Notes: generated from the sequence alone by a model not told the origin. Positions 24,084 to 39,513 are shown, counted from the first letter of the stretch. The stretch: 64,000 nucleotides of DNA from Octopus vulgaris (GCA_951406725.2 OX597829.1:42780001-42844000); one strand, 5' to 3'. Numbers and translations: made by a program.

Positions 24084-25112
24084 TATATATATACATGCGT
24101 GCGTGTGTGTGTCTGTGTGTGTGTGAGTGTGTGTTCCTGTTTGTGTCAATCCCGCAACTCCACGGTATTGGTATGTTAACGTCTCCGTGTTTTACCGATT
24201 CGGCAAAAGAGACCGAAAAAACATAAGTACCTGGCTTAACAAAACAAATGAGTACTGGGGTCGATTCATTCGACTAAAACAAGATTTCTGAAGGCGGTGC
24301 TCCAGCATGGCCGCAGTCTAATGATTGAAACAAATAAAAGATAAAAAGATAGTCTCCGAAGATTATTCCAAGAGACGGCTATGTAGTTTCAGCGCAGGCT
24401 TATTCTCCTATCTTCGCTTTTTCTCACTCACCTTTCAGGAGATTTGTTGGCATGTAACACTTCTAACTTCAACCTAAGTTTTCTTTTCAAGTGGTATTTG
24501 AAGAAGCAGATGAAGACTTAACCATAGTGGAAATTCCCGGCCCCTTATCTTCACAAACTCGTTTACCATAGTAGCGTATCTCTTCTGCCGTGTATTGAAA
24601 GCCGTTTCTTTACAATGTTAGCTGGATCCGTCCTAATTCCGTTGAGTGGCTGCTTCACGTAACACTACTAATTACAAATCTTTGAGTATTGAAAAAATTA
24701 AATTATTTAAGAGATAAAATAACACTTTGCCGTATATCATAGAGGCACCGTTTTTGAGATTGTCCTGGACTACACAAATTTGCTATGGAGTATTGTCAGA
24801 GCAAGGACATTGCTTGGTATGTCGGCTGCGTTTTGTCAAATTTTCTGCAGCAATTATTGAATAACTCAATCATACGCGAGCAATGAGAAAAGACACCTTA
24901 AGAATATCTTTTGAGGGAGAATATCAAAAATCATCATTCATTGTAAACAGTCATTATAGAGAACTGCCTCGACATACATACATACATACATACATACATA
25001 CATACACACATAGATATACATACATACATACATACATACATACATACATACATACATACATACACACATAGATATACATACATACATACATACATACAGA
25101 CAGACAGACAGA

Positions 25113-25327
25113 CAGAAACGTTAGCCGGGCGAAATGCTTTGCGGTATTTCGTCTGCCGCTACGTTCTGAGTTCAAATTCCGCCGAGGTCGACTTTGCCTT
25201 TCATCCCTTTGGGGTCGATTAAATAAGTACCAGTTACGCACTGGGGTCGATATAATCGACTTAATCCCTTTGTCTGTCTTTGTTTGTCCCCTCTATGTTT
25301 AGCCCCTTGTGGGCAATGAAGAAATAA
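25113..25327 (+). mobile_element. SINE family B inserted in (CATA)n
   Basis: Family match. Confidence 0.85.
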
Positions 25328-25409
25328 CATACATACATACATACATACATACATACATACATGCATACATACATGCATGCATACATACATACATACATAC
25401 ATACATACA

Positions 25410-25443
<34 letters not shown>

Positions 25444-25709
25444 CATACATATATATGTGTGTGTGTGTGTGTGTGTTAGGGTGTCAGTATCATGATCGTA
25501 AGATTGTGGTTTCGATTCTTGGATCGGGCGACGCGTTGTGTTCATGAGCAAAACACTTCATTTTCACGTTGCTCCTGTCCACTCAGCTGGCAAGAATGAG
25601 TAATGCTGCGATGAACTGGTGTCCATCTGGGGAACACATACGCTATAGGAACCGGGAAACCGGGCCCATGAGGCTGGCTAGTCTTTAAAAGGTCGCATCC
25701 ATTTTATAT

Positions 25710-25740
<31 letters not shown>

Positions 25741-25922
25741 TTCTTTGTGAGTTAGAGGTTGAGAAACCAACTAAGGGATTGTACCTATCCAATATACTGC
25801 TGGTATTGTACCCTATTATTCATAGCCAAGTGCTAGTTATTGAATGGCAATCTCGCAATTGAGTATTATGTGTGGGCGGAGGTAAAAGTGGTTTACCCTT
25901 GAATTATATATATGCGTGTGTA

Positions 25923-25963
<41 letters not shown>

Positions 25964-25966
25964 TTG

Positions 25967-26193
25967 ATTTAAAGCAGCAGAAAATTCAACAAAACCTGTT
26001 ACTCTGAGTTTCACGTTGCCGTTCATCGGACAGTTTTTTCTAGCAAAAACTGTCCGATGAACGGCAACGTGAAACTCAGAGTAACAGGTTTTGTTGAATT
26101 TTCTGCTGCTTTAAATAAAGCATATTACTCTACCCACTGGTATTTGAGTACTCTTTTTTCCACCTTGTTTCACATTTATGTGTTTACTCCGGT
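25967..26193 (+). mobile_element. (TA)n-flanked element with a perfect ~72-bp-arm palindrome; each arm contains a hammerhead
   Basis: 25967-26038 is the reverse complement of 26045-26116. Confidence 0.85.
26046..26092 (+). ncRNA. Minimal type I hammerhead, U4C variant
   Basis: CUGU-CCGAUGA-ACG-GCAA-CGU-GAAA-CUC-A-GAG-UA^ACAG; predicted cut after 26083. Confidence 0.8.
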
Positions 26194-26689
26194 ATATATA
26201 TATATATATATATATATACATAAGGATATGAATGGGCAGCTCAATTAATATTCCGTAGCATGGCTATTTTATTCGCCAATGCATAATATTATATAATATC
26301 ACATTGATAATATATTATTTACGTAACAATCCAATTTCGTCAGGAAATGCTGAACATTTTATTTGATAAATAGCCATGCTATGGAAACGTGCTAGGCATA
26401 AATTGAACAGTCCATTCATATTCCTTTCTAATATTACGTATCACGTAAAATCTGCAGTATTCTCCAATTTCTTTTTTTTTTTTTTAGCAACGTATGTCGA
26501 TATAGTGTTTGCTTAATATCGTCATACAACTGTTAAGTATAATGTTCAGTATTAATGTAATCTTCGTGATTATCAAGTAAGTTAGCTAAATATACATTGA
26601 AGTATTTGCTACCAAGTATATTTTCAGGGTCATTTACATGCTCACATCTATCTCACTCTCACTCACTCTCTCTCTCTCTCTCTCTCAAT

Positions 26690-28171
<1,482 letters not shown>

Positions 28172-28830
28172 CTGTCTGTCTGTCTGTCTGTCTGTCTTTC
28201 TCTCTGTTTATCTGTCAGTCTGTCGGTCTTCTTTCAGTTTCTTTCTACCAAATCCACTCACAAGGTTTAGGTCGGCCCGAGGCTATAGATGAAGATACCT
28301 GCCCACGGTGCCACGCAGTGGGGTTGAACCTGGACTATGTAGTTGAGAGTAAGCTTCTTTATTTCATTATATTTGCCATAAAGGCAGTGCATAGAATATA
28401 GTAGCTTTGCGGTCTGGACGAGGACATTAATGAAATGAATGATAATGAAAGAAAGATGATAAGGATGGGAGAAGACAAAAAGCGCCCGCCGACTTCTGCT
28501 TCTCTAAAACATTGTTCTTTAAAACAAAACACAAAACGAGGTATTAAAACTCTTACAACTTTTACAACTTTTCAATTTTTGGACTTAACAGTCCATTACA
28601 AACAACAACATAGTTCAATAATTACATATAATATATATATATAAATACAATACACAAAGCCCCTCCTCCCAGACCTGTCTTACGCTTCCCTTAGGTAATG
28701 CACCAGCTCTAGGTCGGGGCCCCTGAAGGCGTATCTAAACATGTCTTTTGAGAAGGTGTTCATTACGCTGACCATAGCGACATCCGATATGATATCCCTA
28801 GCGACATAGCGACATCCGATATGATCTCTA

Positions 28831-29062
28831 GGCGGCGAGCTGGCAGAACTGTTAGCACGTCGGGCGAAATGCGTAGCCGTATTTCGTCTGCCGTTACGTT
28901 CTGAGTTCAAATTCCGCCGAGGTCGACTTTGCCTTTCATCCTTTCGGGGTTGATTAAATAAGTACCAGTAACGCACTGGGGTCGATATAATCGACTTAAT
29001 CCATTTGTCTGTTCTTGTTTGTCCCCTCTGTGTTTAGCCCCTTGTGGGTAGTAAAGAAATAG
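28831..29062 (+). mobile_element. SINE family B
   Basis: Family match; TSD atatgatctc. Confidence 0.9.
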
Positions 29063-29410
29063 ATATGATCTCCCTAGTCACCTGCGAAGGCCACTCCTCG
29101 TCCTCTGTCCAGGGCATGGGCTCCTCCCTCCGGGAAGCAAGCTTCTTTACTTTATCAAATTAGCCATGGAGGCCTTACACTTACATAAAAATCAACATGT
29201 CAATCAAACATCGAAAATACATTATCACTTTTCCCCTTCCTCCTCTTTCCGGGGACCCCAGTCAAATACTAGCCGCCTGCAGAGCAGACCACGTTAACAG
29301 CCGGGGGCGGGATATCCAATTCTTCCGTTGGCGGCACAGTTCCCGCCAACGGTGTTTCTTCTCCTGCCGGTGGCACAACTCCAGCCGACGTAGTTCCGGA
29401 CATTCCGGTA

Positions 29411-30277
29411 CTATGTCACCGACTGCCGGCAATGTCCCGTTTCTCTTCCTCTTCCTCTTTTTTCCTTTTCAACTGAGGAAGGGTGCGTCTCCTCCGTGAC
29501 CGGGAGATTCGCCTTCTCCTCCTCATCCCTAGGATCCTTCGGTGAGCACCCATTGTTGCTCACCTTCTTCCTCTTTCGGCCCCTGTTTGATGAGTCCTCC
29601 GTTTCCTCGGCCGCCTTCATTCCCTCTTCTACAGAGGTCTCACTCGACTGCTCCGGGACCTTATTTTGTTCCCGGGGACAGTTTTTCTTTATATGGCCGG
29701 ACTCCAGACACCGATGACACCAAGGGGGGCGACCCTCAAGTATCACCGGGAACATCCACCCGGGCATTTTCAAAAAATCTGGAAAAACCAGATTGGCTGA
29801 TTGGGTCCAAAGGGTCAAAACAGCTTTTGACCCAACCCAATCAGCCGCAGGAAGAACTTTCACATCAAGAAGCTTGGTCCCGCTGCCACCCAGACCCCGG
29901 CGGATAGTCTCCCCTATCCACTCGGGTCTTATCCCGGGTGGCAACCCGCAGACCCAAGCTTTCAACCTCCTCCCACAATACGTGGGAAGAAACAAAATTT
30001 CCTCGCCCTCCAAAGGTTGACAAGCAAATTTGTGAGCCATTTCAGGGGTATCAAATAGCAACCATACCGTTGCATAACTGACACCCCTGGAAATGAATTT
30101 AATTGTTGGCAAATACTCTGCCAACTCCTTTTCAATTGCCGTCTTTTCGAATCGAGCGATGGTGTCGAGTGACTTGGAGTAGGTTCTCAACACCACTGCC
30201 CTATCTTCACGGCCTTTCAACCACTTTTTGGGCGGTATAATCTCCCACTCCAAAACTTTGTCTTTTTTCATTGCCAT
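29411..30277 (-). CDS. LINE ORF1p-like (gag-like) protein with CCHC zinc knuckle, about 288 aa from MAMKK
   Basis: Open frame; RRM-like region, then EGRPPWCHRCLESGHIKKNCP (CX2CX4HX4C) as in Tx1/L1 ORF1; basic RGRKRKK stretch. Confidence 0.75.
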   Translation of the reverse strand: MAMKKDKVLEWEIIPPKKWLKGREDRAVVLRTYSKSLDTIARFEKTAIEKELAEYLPTIKFISRGVSYATVWLLFDTPEMAHKFACQPLEGEEILFLPTYCGRRLKAWVCGLPPGIRPEWIGETIRRGLGGSGTKLLDVKVLPAADWVGSKAVLTLWTQSANLVFPDFLKMPGWMFPVILEGRPPWCHRCLESGHIKKNCPREQNKVPEQSSETSVEEGMKAAEETEDSSNRGRKRKKVSNNGCSPKDPRDEEEKANLPVTEETHPSSVEKEKRGRGRETGHCRQSVT

Positions 30278-32872
30278 GTTTTTTTTTTCTTTTTTGAAAA
30301 TATATTCAAAATAAAACTTAAAAAGCGATAAGAAAAAAGAAATCAAAAGAAAGTCACAATAAACAAAAAGGAGAAAGTCAAATAAAGTTTAGAAGAAAGT
30401 CAATAGTTCAGGAACACAGCAAAAAAAATCTTCCGGCCATTCGGTACTTCCGGCCTAGGTTGAACCCGGAACGCCACAACTGGAACACAACTTCCACAAA
30501 AATTGATATACAAATTGTTCAATCTTCGGAGGCAAAGGCACTCCCCCAAACAGCAGTTCTCACAATTATTAAAGTTCTTCAAAAGGCACAATACAAGCAA
30601 TAATTCTCATAATTAAGTGAGAAAAATATTCACTCAAAATAAATCGAAGACGAATACGCCCCCAAACAGAAATTCTCACAATTCAGCGAGAAAAAGTATT
30701 TGCCCCATGTAGACAGAACCAGAATTCTGAATCCAGTAGGAATTCCTGCCTGTACAAAAACAATTCTCAACAAAAATTTCCACTGGACCCAAAAGCCAGA
30801 ATCTTACCTTACAATGGAGCTTCAAAATTTTTTCAATTCGAGACGGCTTCAAAAGCATGTCTCACCTCTTTGGTGCCGAACACCGCAATTATTCGCACAT
30901 GCGCAGTGGAAGCAAGCTTCTTCCCACATAACCATACCTGTGCCCATATATACCGCAATGATGCGGAAGCATTCCGCTCGTTGTTTCGTGGTAATCCGGT
31001 CTTACTTATCACGTCCAGTCGTATATTATAAAATAGATTATCCCGTGTATAATTCTCTGTAAGGGGATACGGTGTACTTCAGGTGGATTCCGTTGATTTT
31101 TCCCGATATAATGGATAATCTTGAATAAAACCGTTGGTTACATATTGAGACTGAAAGCGTTAGGTATTTGCAGATATTGACTCTCTCTCTCCCTCTCTGC
31201 GTTTCTTTCCCTCTCTCTCTCTCTCTTTCTCTCTCTGCGTTCCTCATTCTCTCTCTCTCTCTGTGTTCCTCATTCTCTCTCTCTCTCTCTCTCTCACGTG
31301 CTGCGTTTTGGTCTTTTCTCTCTGCGTTTCCTTCTTTCTCTTTCTCTCTCTCTCCCTCTCTCTCGACGTTTTGCTCTCTCTCTTTCTCTCTCTCCCTCTC
31401 TCTCGACGTTTTGCACTCTATCTCTCTCTCTCACTCTGTTTTCATACTTCCTATTTCGAATATTCGTTTGGGTGGTTGGCATTTTCGGTATTGTTTGAAG
31501 TATTAGTTACTTAGATAGAGTGTGATAAGTCATAATTTTGCAAAATTCAGGTAGAATTTCGAATTTAGCTATAGAGCTATTTGCATTATCATCATCATAA
31601 AAAGGCACTATCTGGCCCCATGCCGTCAAAAATGACGGCTAATTGTGGTATTTTATATATAAATATGGATGGCAAATCAAATTAATACACTTGTCAATGT
31701 TATCTAGTGATTGGTTGTCTTTTGAGATGTGACATCGATCATCGGTTGTTATTGTAAGAACGCTGGTTCACACATACAAACAACATTCACATACATCTCT
31801 TGAACACGCACACATATACACACACACACAGAGTTGAAATGCTCCTACTACCAGTTTGACATCACCCCCCCCTTCTTTCCTTCCTTCTTTCCTTCCTTCT
31901 TTCCTTCCTTTCTTTCTTTCTTCCTTCCTTCCTTTGTCATTCATCTGTTGTGACGGAGAAAAACACAAGAAGGGGATGATATAAAATAAACTGGGTTTTT
32001 TTTTCTGGTTACTGTCCAGTGTATGGGAAATATCAAAAATTTTAATGTAAATAAATATATTATGTCATATCCTCCTCCCCCTGAACTGCCTACACCCTAC
32101 TCCCAACTACTTCTTTCTTATTTCTTTATTTCCCACAAGGGGCTAAACATAGATGGGGACAAACAAGGACAGACAAAAGGATTAAGTCGATTATATCGAC
32201 CCCTGTGCATAACTGGTACTCTTTTCATGTATGTAATATATATAGAAGCGTCTGGTCCCTAAACGGGTCTGGCGGCTGCATTGCATTAAAATGTTTTGAA
32301 TATTTCCTGAGAAAACTTCGCTCTTTTGTGCCAGTGGGATAGTGGAACACATCTTTGATGTAGGATGCTGCTGTGTGGGGAAAGATGATATTAAGGAATG
32401 GTGCAAAAGCCTCACAAACTTTTTAGACGTTTATGATACACATGCTTCAGTGTCCTCCGAGCCAACCCGGGAAGAGGAGCGTAATGATCACATTGTTTCA
32501 GAAAAGCTCAGATCACGAAATAAGGTGGATTTTTCCTGGACCCGCTGAGTTAAGGCGACGAACTGGCAGAACCATTACCGTGTGGGACAAAAATTGCTTA
32601 GCCTCATTTCTTCGGGACAGTGAGTTAAGAGTTGAAATGCGACTGGGGTCGATTAGCCATTCGTCCTTTTGTGGTCGACAAACCACTCGTTGAGAACTGG
32701 AGCAGAAGTAAAAGAACTAATGGTAATCCCGAAATTGTGGAAAAATTTATCAAAATCATTCTCATCATTATAATTTAAATAATCAATAATAAAATAGCGA
32801 TTAGCGTGTTAATCGATGTAATCGCTTAATCCCACTTACCAATAAAACGTTAGATTTGCACCTTAAGAAACC

Positions 32873-33460
32873 ATTCTTCTTCTTCTTCTTCTTCTTCTTC
32901 TTCTTCTTCTTCTTCTTCTTCTTCTTCTTCTTCTTCTTCACCTTCTTCTTTTTCTTCTTCTTCTTCTTTCTTCTTCTCCTTCCTTTCCTTCCTCCCCCTC
33001 CTCCCCTTCTTCCTCCTCCTTTTTCCTCCTCTTTCTTCTCACTCCTCCTCTCGTCTTCCTCCTCCTCCTCTTCCTTCCTCGTCTTCCTTCTTCTTCTTCT
33101 TCTTCTTCTTCTTCTTCTTCTTCTTTCTTCTTCTCCTTCCTTTCCTTCCTCCCCCTCCTCCCCTTCTTCCTCCTCCTTTTTCCTCCTCTTTCTTCTCACT
33201 CCTCCTCTCGTATTCCTCCTCCTCCTCTTCCTTCTTCTTCTTCTTCTTCTTCTTCTTCTTCTCTCCTTCTTCTTCTTCTTCTCTTCTTCTTTCTACCTCT
33301 TCTCCTCTTCCTCCTTCTTGTCCTCCCTCATCTTCTCTCTCCCCTCCTCTTCCTTCTTTTTCTTCTTCTTCTTCTTCTTCTTCTTCTCTCTTCTTTCTTC
33401 TTTCTCCTTCCTTTCCTTCCTCCTCGTCGTCTTCTTCTTCCTTCTCTTTACTCTCTTCTC
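32873..33460. repeat. (TTC)n/(TCC)n low-complexity tract
   Basis: Direct inspection. Confidence 0.95.
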
Positions 33461-34374
33461 CATTTTCTCAGCCATTCCACCATTTTTTCTTATTTATTGA
33501 AATCATGTTTTTTTTCTTCTTTTCATGATTTTCTATTCGTTTATTATTTTTTTTCCTCGTATATTTGTTTTCTTTTCGTCTTTGTTTTTCGTATTTATTT
33601 ATTTATTTATTTATTTTTTCTCTCTCTCATTTTTATCCATCTTTTTAAAAGCAGGTGGCAACTTACACAAGAGTTCATGGCACGAAATGACCTCCTCACA
33701 AGGACATTTCAGCTTATGACACGAGGGAAAACATCGATCAAATAAAATTCCTGTAACTCTTTTACACTCAATGTTACTTCATGTTGCTTCCTGCGACTGG
33801 AAGCAACATAAACCAAGGACTGAAATAGGAAGCAAGCTTGCAGCCGAAGAAAACAAAGAAACTACATACAAATTTATATAAGCATATGAACCCATAACAC
33901 ACACATAGACTCACTCACACTGACGATTACGCATAAGTACATAACACACAACATTGCTGCATATATATGTATGAATAAGCATATGTATACACACACACAC
34001 ACACGTATATATGCATACATGCATACACGTATATATGCACATATATATACACCCACGTATATATGCACAGACTTATTGACACGTACATTTCTAGATACCT
34101 AGACAAAATTTATTCGCAGGATATAAGCACATCTCTGTAAAAGTACATTAACACACTCCTCAGATATGGGTTTATGAAATATATAAACATACATACGTGC
34201 ATACATATATACATACATATTTTTTTAAATTCTTTTACTTGTTTTAGTCATGCGGACTGCGGCCATACCGGAGCACTGCCTTGAAGTGTTTTTGTCGAGA
34301 CCAGGACATATGAAAAGTGAGCGGGAATTTGTAGTTGGGAAGCGAGATACTTACCACACAGCCACGTTTAAGCT

Positions 34375-34441
<67 letters not shown>

Positions 34442-34576
34442 ATGTATGTATATATATCGAGAGAAAGGTAGGCACACTAAAGTGCAGTGCAACACACAAC
34501 CAAGATCGGGTTTATGTATCGACTTTACTGTCTCAGACAGACATACAGATATATAGATAGATAGATAGATAGATAT

Positions 34577-34625
<49 letters not shown>

Positions 34626-35198
34626 CAGACAGTTATATACTGCCACCTCTAGCAGAGAAGGGGTCCATTACTTGTTAGTACAAGTATTAATAAGTGTCCA
34701 TTACTTGTTAGTATATTACCTGTTAGTACAATTACTGCGTTGATCTCTTCGAGATATTTAAGAACTAGCATTTTTGCTTGTTGCAACTTGAAATTATATA
34801 TATATATATTCTTTTCTACTATAGACACAAAGCTCATGAAATTATATATATTGCGAGCACAAGTGAGCTATTGCTTTCTCTAGCAGATGAGGTGTCCAGT
34901 TCTGAAGAGAGACAGAAATAGCCCAAAATCAGACTGGTCTGCTAATCCCGTCTCTAGAAGGTGCTAGGGGTTCGCCCACGGCACGCAATATCTTGGGTGC
35001 AGCTGTGTATTGTTAACCAGGTAGAGATGTCCTCTCGGGATTAAAAAATGGCAATAAAGTCTGTTCGAACTGACACCCATGTTGTAGTGGCTACGAACAT
35101 ATACATATACATACATACTTACATATATGCATGCATCCATACATACATACATGCATACATACATACATACATACATTCATACATACATACATACATAC

Positions 35199-35269
<71 letters not shown>

Positions 35270-35477
35270 GATAAACAAACTAACCTCTTGTTTTAATTTA
35301 AGCGTCGAAATGTGTATTGTAAGATACATTTAAGATGATAATGTATTTCCAAATGCAGAAACAGATAGAATAGTAAAAATATTGGGTAAATTACTCTTAC
35401 AAAGCGAAAAAGTTTTTAACATGAAACCTCAAAACACAAATATATATGTGTATCTATTGATTTCTTGTGTGTGCGTG

Positions 35478-35514
<37 letters not shown>

Positions 35515-35559
35515 ATGTGTGTGTGTGTGTGCATGTGTGTGTTTATATACATGTATATA

Positions 35560-35609
<50 letters not shown>

Positions 35610-35737
35610 TGTATAATATAACTATATATATATGTATATAATATAACTATATGTATATATATAGTGGGGGAGAGAGAGAAAGAACGAGAGAGTAAGTGAG
35701 AGAAAGAGAGACATAGCAGAGACAGACAGGCTGACAA

Positions 35738-35770
<33 letters not shown>

Positions 35771-36372
35771 GAGACAGACAGACAGATGTGTGTATATGCA
35801 TGTATATTCCGAACTGTTGGAGTCCTTCAAATCTCAGCTGGAATATTAAAAATGAGGATATATCTACAATAAGACGCTTGCTTTCAACCACATGATCCTG
35901 TGTACAGTCCATGGCAATTTTGGCAAGTGCTCTCTACTATAGCTTCGGACTAACCATTTAGCGGATTTGGTAGACGGAATTTGAAAGAAGCCCGTTGTAT
36001 TTATGTATCTATAATACATTAAAAGTCAGATTGAATCTTCATTGCTTGCAATGTTACTCAGCCAAACTGACGCATAATGGGAAAATACTATGAATTAAGT
36101 TGCCCAGAATGAAATAAACTTGGCGTCAATCAGGTAAGTGGTTGCGCAGATATTAAAGGTGCAAAACGGTGAATAATGAAAAAAAGTATCAGAAATTAAT
36201 TTAATCCTGAAAGGGATGTAATGAAAGGAGAGAAAGGGAAACTGAGAAATAGATAGATAGATGTGTGTACGAGTATGTGTATGTGTGTGTGTTTGCATTT
36301 GTATGTGTGTGAACATGTAAATTTGTGTCTGTTTATGGCCCACAACACCGCTTGAGAGTCCGTGTATATACT

Positions 36373-36443
<71 letters not shown>

Positions 36444-36492
36444 CAGATTCTCCCCCCTCAAATTTCAAGCCTTTTGCCTTTAGAAGAAATGA

Positions 36493-36800
36493 TTACCTCC
36501 GCCTTAGCGAAAGTGGGTGTATTATTTTTCGGTCGCGTTTGTCCTTGGGCAAGATATCTCAAGAACCGCTGGATGGATTCGGATGAAACTTTCAGGGGTG
36601 TTTGGATTCGTGACTGGCATGAATTCGTTAGATTTTGGGATCGATCCGATACAGTTCATTTTTAGTATTCTCGTTTGTGAGAGCAGTCGAGTCAATTCAG
36701 ATATTCTCATTTAAAAAAAACCCCAGACATCTCCAGTTAATCGTTGAGAGGACGTTGCTGTTGTCTTGGCGGAGGTTTGCGCTCTTTGAGTGCTCTTGTT
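36493..36800 (+). mobile_element. Non-autonomous Helentron/HINE-like element
   Basis: TT-ACCTCCGCC near the 5' end, inverted GGCGGAGGT near the 3' end, then hairpin GCGCTC-TTT-GAGTGC and a T-rich end; longer relative at 61440-62036. Confidence 0.7.
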
Positions 36801-36846
36801 ATCATTGTTATTGTTGTTATGTTTTAAAAATAACCATCCAATAATA

Positions 36847-37009
36847 GGCGCAGGAGTGGCTGTGTGGTAAGTAGCTTGCGAACCAACCACATGGTTCCGG
36901 GTTCAGTCCCACTGCGTGGCACCTTGGGCAAGTGTCTTCTGCTACGGCCCAGGGCCGACCAATGCCTTGTGGGTGGATTTGGTAGACGGAAACTGAAAGA
37001 AGTCTGTCG

Positions 37010-37042
<33 letters not shown>

Positions 37043-37258
37043 TTGTGTGTCTGTGTTTGTCCCCCTAGCATTGCTTGACAACCGATGCTGGTGTGTTTTC
37101 GTCCCCGTTACCTAGCGGTTCGACAAAAAGACACCGATAGAATAAGTACTGGGGCTTACAAAGAATAAGTCCCGGGGTCGATTTGCTCGACTAAAGGCGG
37201 TGCTCCAGCATGGCCGCAGTCAAATGACTGAAACAAGTAAAAGAGTAAAAAAAAGAGT
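36847..37258 (+). mobile_element. SINE family A
   Basis: Full-length match. Confidence 0.9.
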
Positions 37259-37919
37259 ATCCTTATGTTTCCCCTTCATTTACCCTCCCTTGTTGCCTCG
37301 AGGATGGTTCTACATGGATGAGAGTTCAGTGATAGAAGCTAACAAAACACGTGTTTATTATACAGACAGTATCATCGATATTGCAGCTGCGACTCGTGAG
37401 TAATAATATTATTAACATAGAACTGTAATAACTAATTTAGAGAGAATTGAGACATCTACTGATATAGGGAGAGAGCTGTATTTTGTTTTCCTTGTGTCTC
37501 ATCATTTGATTGCAGCCATACTAGGGCACCTCCTTGTAGAAAATTTTGGTCGAATAAATCGGATCCATTACTAATTTTTTTTTAATGTAGGTATTTATTC
37601 TATAGTTTTGTATTTGCCGAACCGCTAAGCCACGAGGATGTAAACGCACCAGCACCATTTGTCAAGCTGTACTTGGGGATATACACAGACACAACGCAGA
37701 CATATATAGATACCTACATACATATATGTATGAATGTATGTATGTATGTATGTATGTATGTATGTATGTATGTATGTATGTATGTATGTATGCATGCATG
37801 TATGTATGTATGTATATATGTATGTATATATGTATGTTTGTATGTATGTATGTATGTTTGTATGTATGTATGTGTGTATGTATGTATGTTTGTATGTATG
37901 TATGTCTGTATGTATGTAC

Positions 37920-38250
37920 CATAGAAATAATCGGAGTGAATCGGACTCGATCGCGCGGTTAAACCATTGGGGGTGAAGGACTCCTAGCCTTTGTTAGGGC
38001 ATCCTTCTAGGAGAAGGTAAATCAGGTAACTGGGATAACTCCGACATAAAACCTGCGGCTCAGTGGTTACCGTGGATGTTGACTTGTTCTTCTTTTCGGA
38101 TTATGGCTGATGTTGCTTAGTGAGTGGGATTGACTCAGTGCACAGCCTTTCCTCACTTTAAAAAAAATCTTGCACAGGTATTGCCCGATAACAACATTGA
38201 TTAAGGTTCGTGCAATGGCCATACTCGATAAATAAACGAAGGGACTGCCA
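37920..38250 (+). mobile_element. Possible RTE-clade 5' UTR-derived fragment
   Basis: ttagggcatccttctaggagaagg...aaacc resembles RTE 5' UTR motifs as recalled; not aligned. Confidence 0.35.
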
Positions 38251-38358
38251 CCATGTATATATACATATATATCATTGTTCGAAAAATAGTCCATATTCCA
38301 TGTACTCGTACATCGTATTGTTTCTTGTATACGTTTTGTGACGTCCTGTACCCACATA

Positions 38359-38426
<68 letters not shown>

Positions 38427-38432
<6 letters not shown>

Positions 38433-38645
38433 AAAGGGCTTAGTAAAATAAATTACTTTGCCACATACTGAACTCATTAGAAATAGCAGCTAAAGAAAAA
38501 TTTTTTTAAAACTATTTCTATTATTTTACTAAGCCCTTTTATATAATGTAATAATTTGAATTCGCCTTAAATGGTCCCTTTGCATACTGAATACTTGGTG
38601 AAATTGATTAATAATTAATTTATTTTACCCTCAATTGTTGAAATA
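38427..38645. mobile_element. (TA)n-flanked rearranged element related to 55024-55290
   Basis: Shared ttactttgccacatactgaa and gaaatagcagc; internal inverted repeat tataaaagggcttagtaaaataa. Confidence 0.6.
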
Positions 38646-38935
38646 TATATATATATATTAATAAAAGAAATAAAACATATGCATATAAATAAACATATAT
38701 GTACGTACCTACCTCTACATGTACATATACACGCATATATGAGTACAGGACACCAAAGGGACGTCGAACACATAGAGAAACGAAAACATAGACACATACC
38801 AAAGGAACAGGACATTTTTTTATATATATATATATACGTATAGATGTAATATGTACATATACATATGTGTATATGTATATTTATAAATATTATTTAAACT
38901 ATATATATGTATATGTATATCTCTCTATCTCTCTA

Positions 38936-38987
<52 letters not shown>

Positions 38988-39513
38988 ACATGCTTCTTTT
39001 ATTTTCTGCCTGCCAAATCCACTCACAAGGCTTTGCACGGCTCGAGACTATGATAGAAGATAATTGTCCACACAGTAGGACTGAACCTGGAACCATGTGG
39101 TTGGAAAGCAAGCATCTTGCCACATAGCCACGCCTGGACACCATCTACTGATATTTTGGTCAATTGTAATAACGCCATATTAGTTTATGCCAGATTGCTC
39201 CGGCAAAGATCGGCACATTTAGGCCATTGCTGAATCGGTAAGAAAATGCTCCAAAACCTTCTTCAGTTTTCATACCTATCAACTCATGTTCTGACGTCCG
39301 AGTCAACATTGGACCATGTACGGGGTTTTGTGGAAGTAACTGCAAAATCGCCATTGGATGGTGTACATTAGGGCCCCCGTATTCCGCAAACTTTGCATGT
39401 CATGGTTATAGTTGCCATGTCAATGATCCTATGTCTGCTTTATCAGGCACACGAAAACCATACACACACACGCATATATACACACACGCCAACACACACA
39501 CACACATACTCAA

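Larger units (their letters stand above)
28360..30900 (-). mobile_element. Tx1/L1-like element carrying ORF1 but no recognisable ORF2 (HAL1-like), with a SINE B inserted
   Basis: ORF1 followed by about 1 kb without APE/RT motifs, ending GCCTTTATGGCAAATATAATGAAATAAAAG. Boundaries are approximate. Confidence 0.5.

Noticed and set aside
32342-32548. 68-aa non-repetitive ORF
   Set aside because: Short, non-ATG start, and no motif recognised.
33600-33750. Splice acceptor and possible exon after a pyrimidine tract
   Set aside because: All frames close quickly, with no recognisable protein or donor support.
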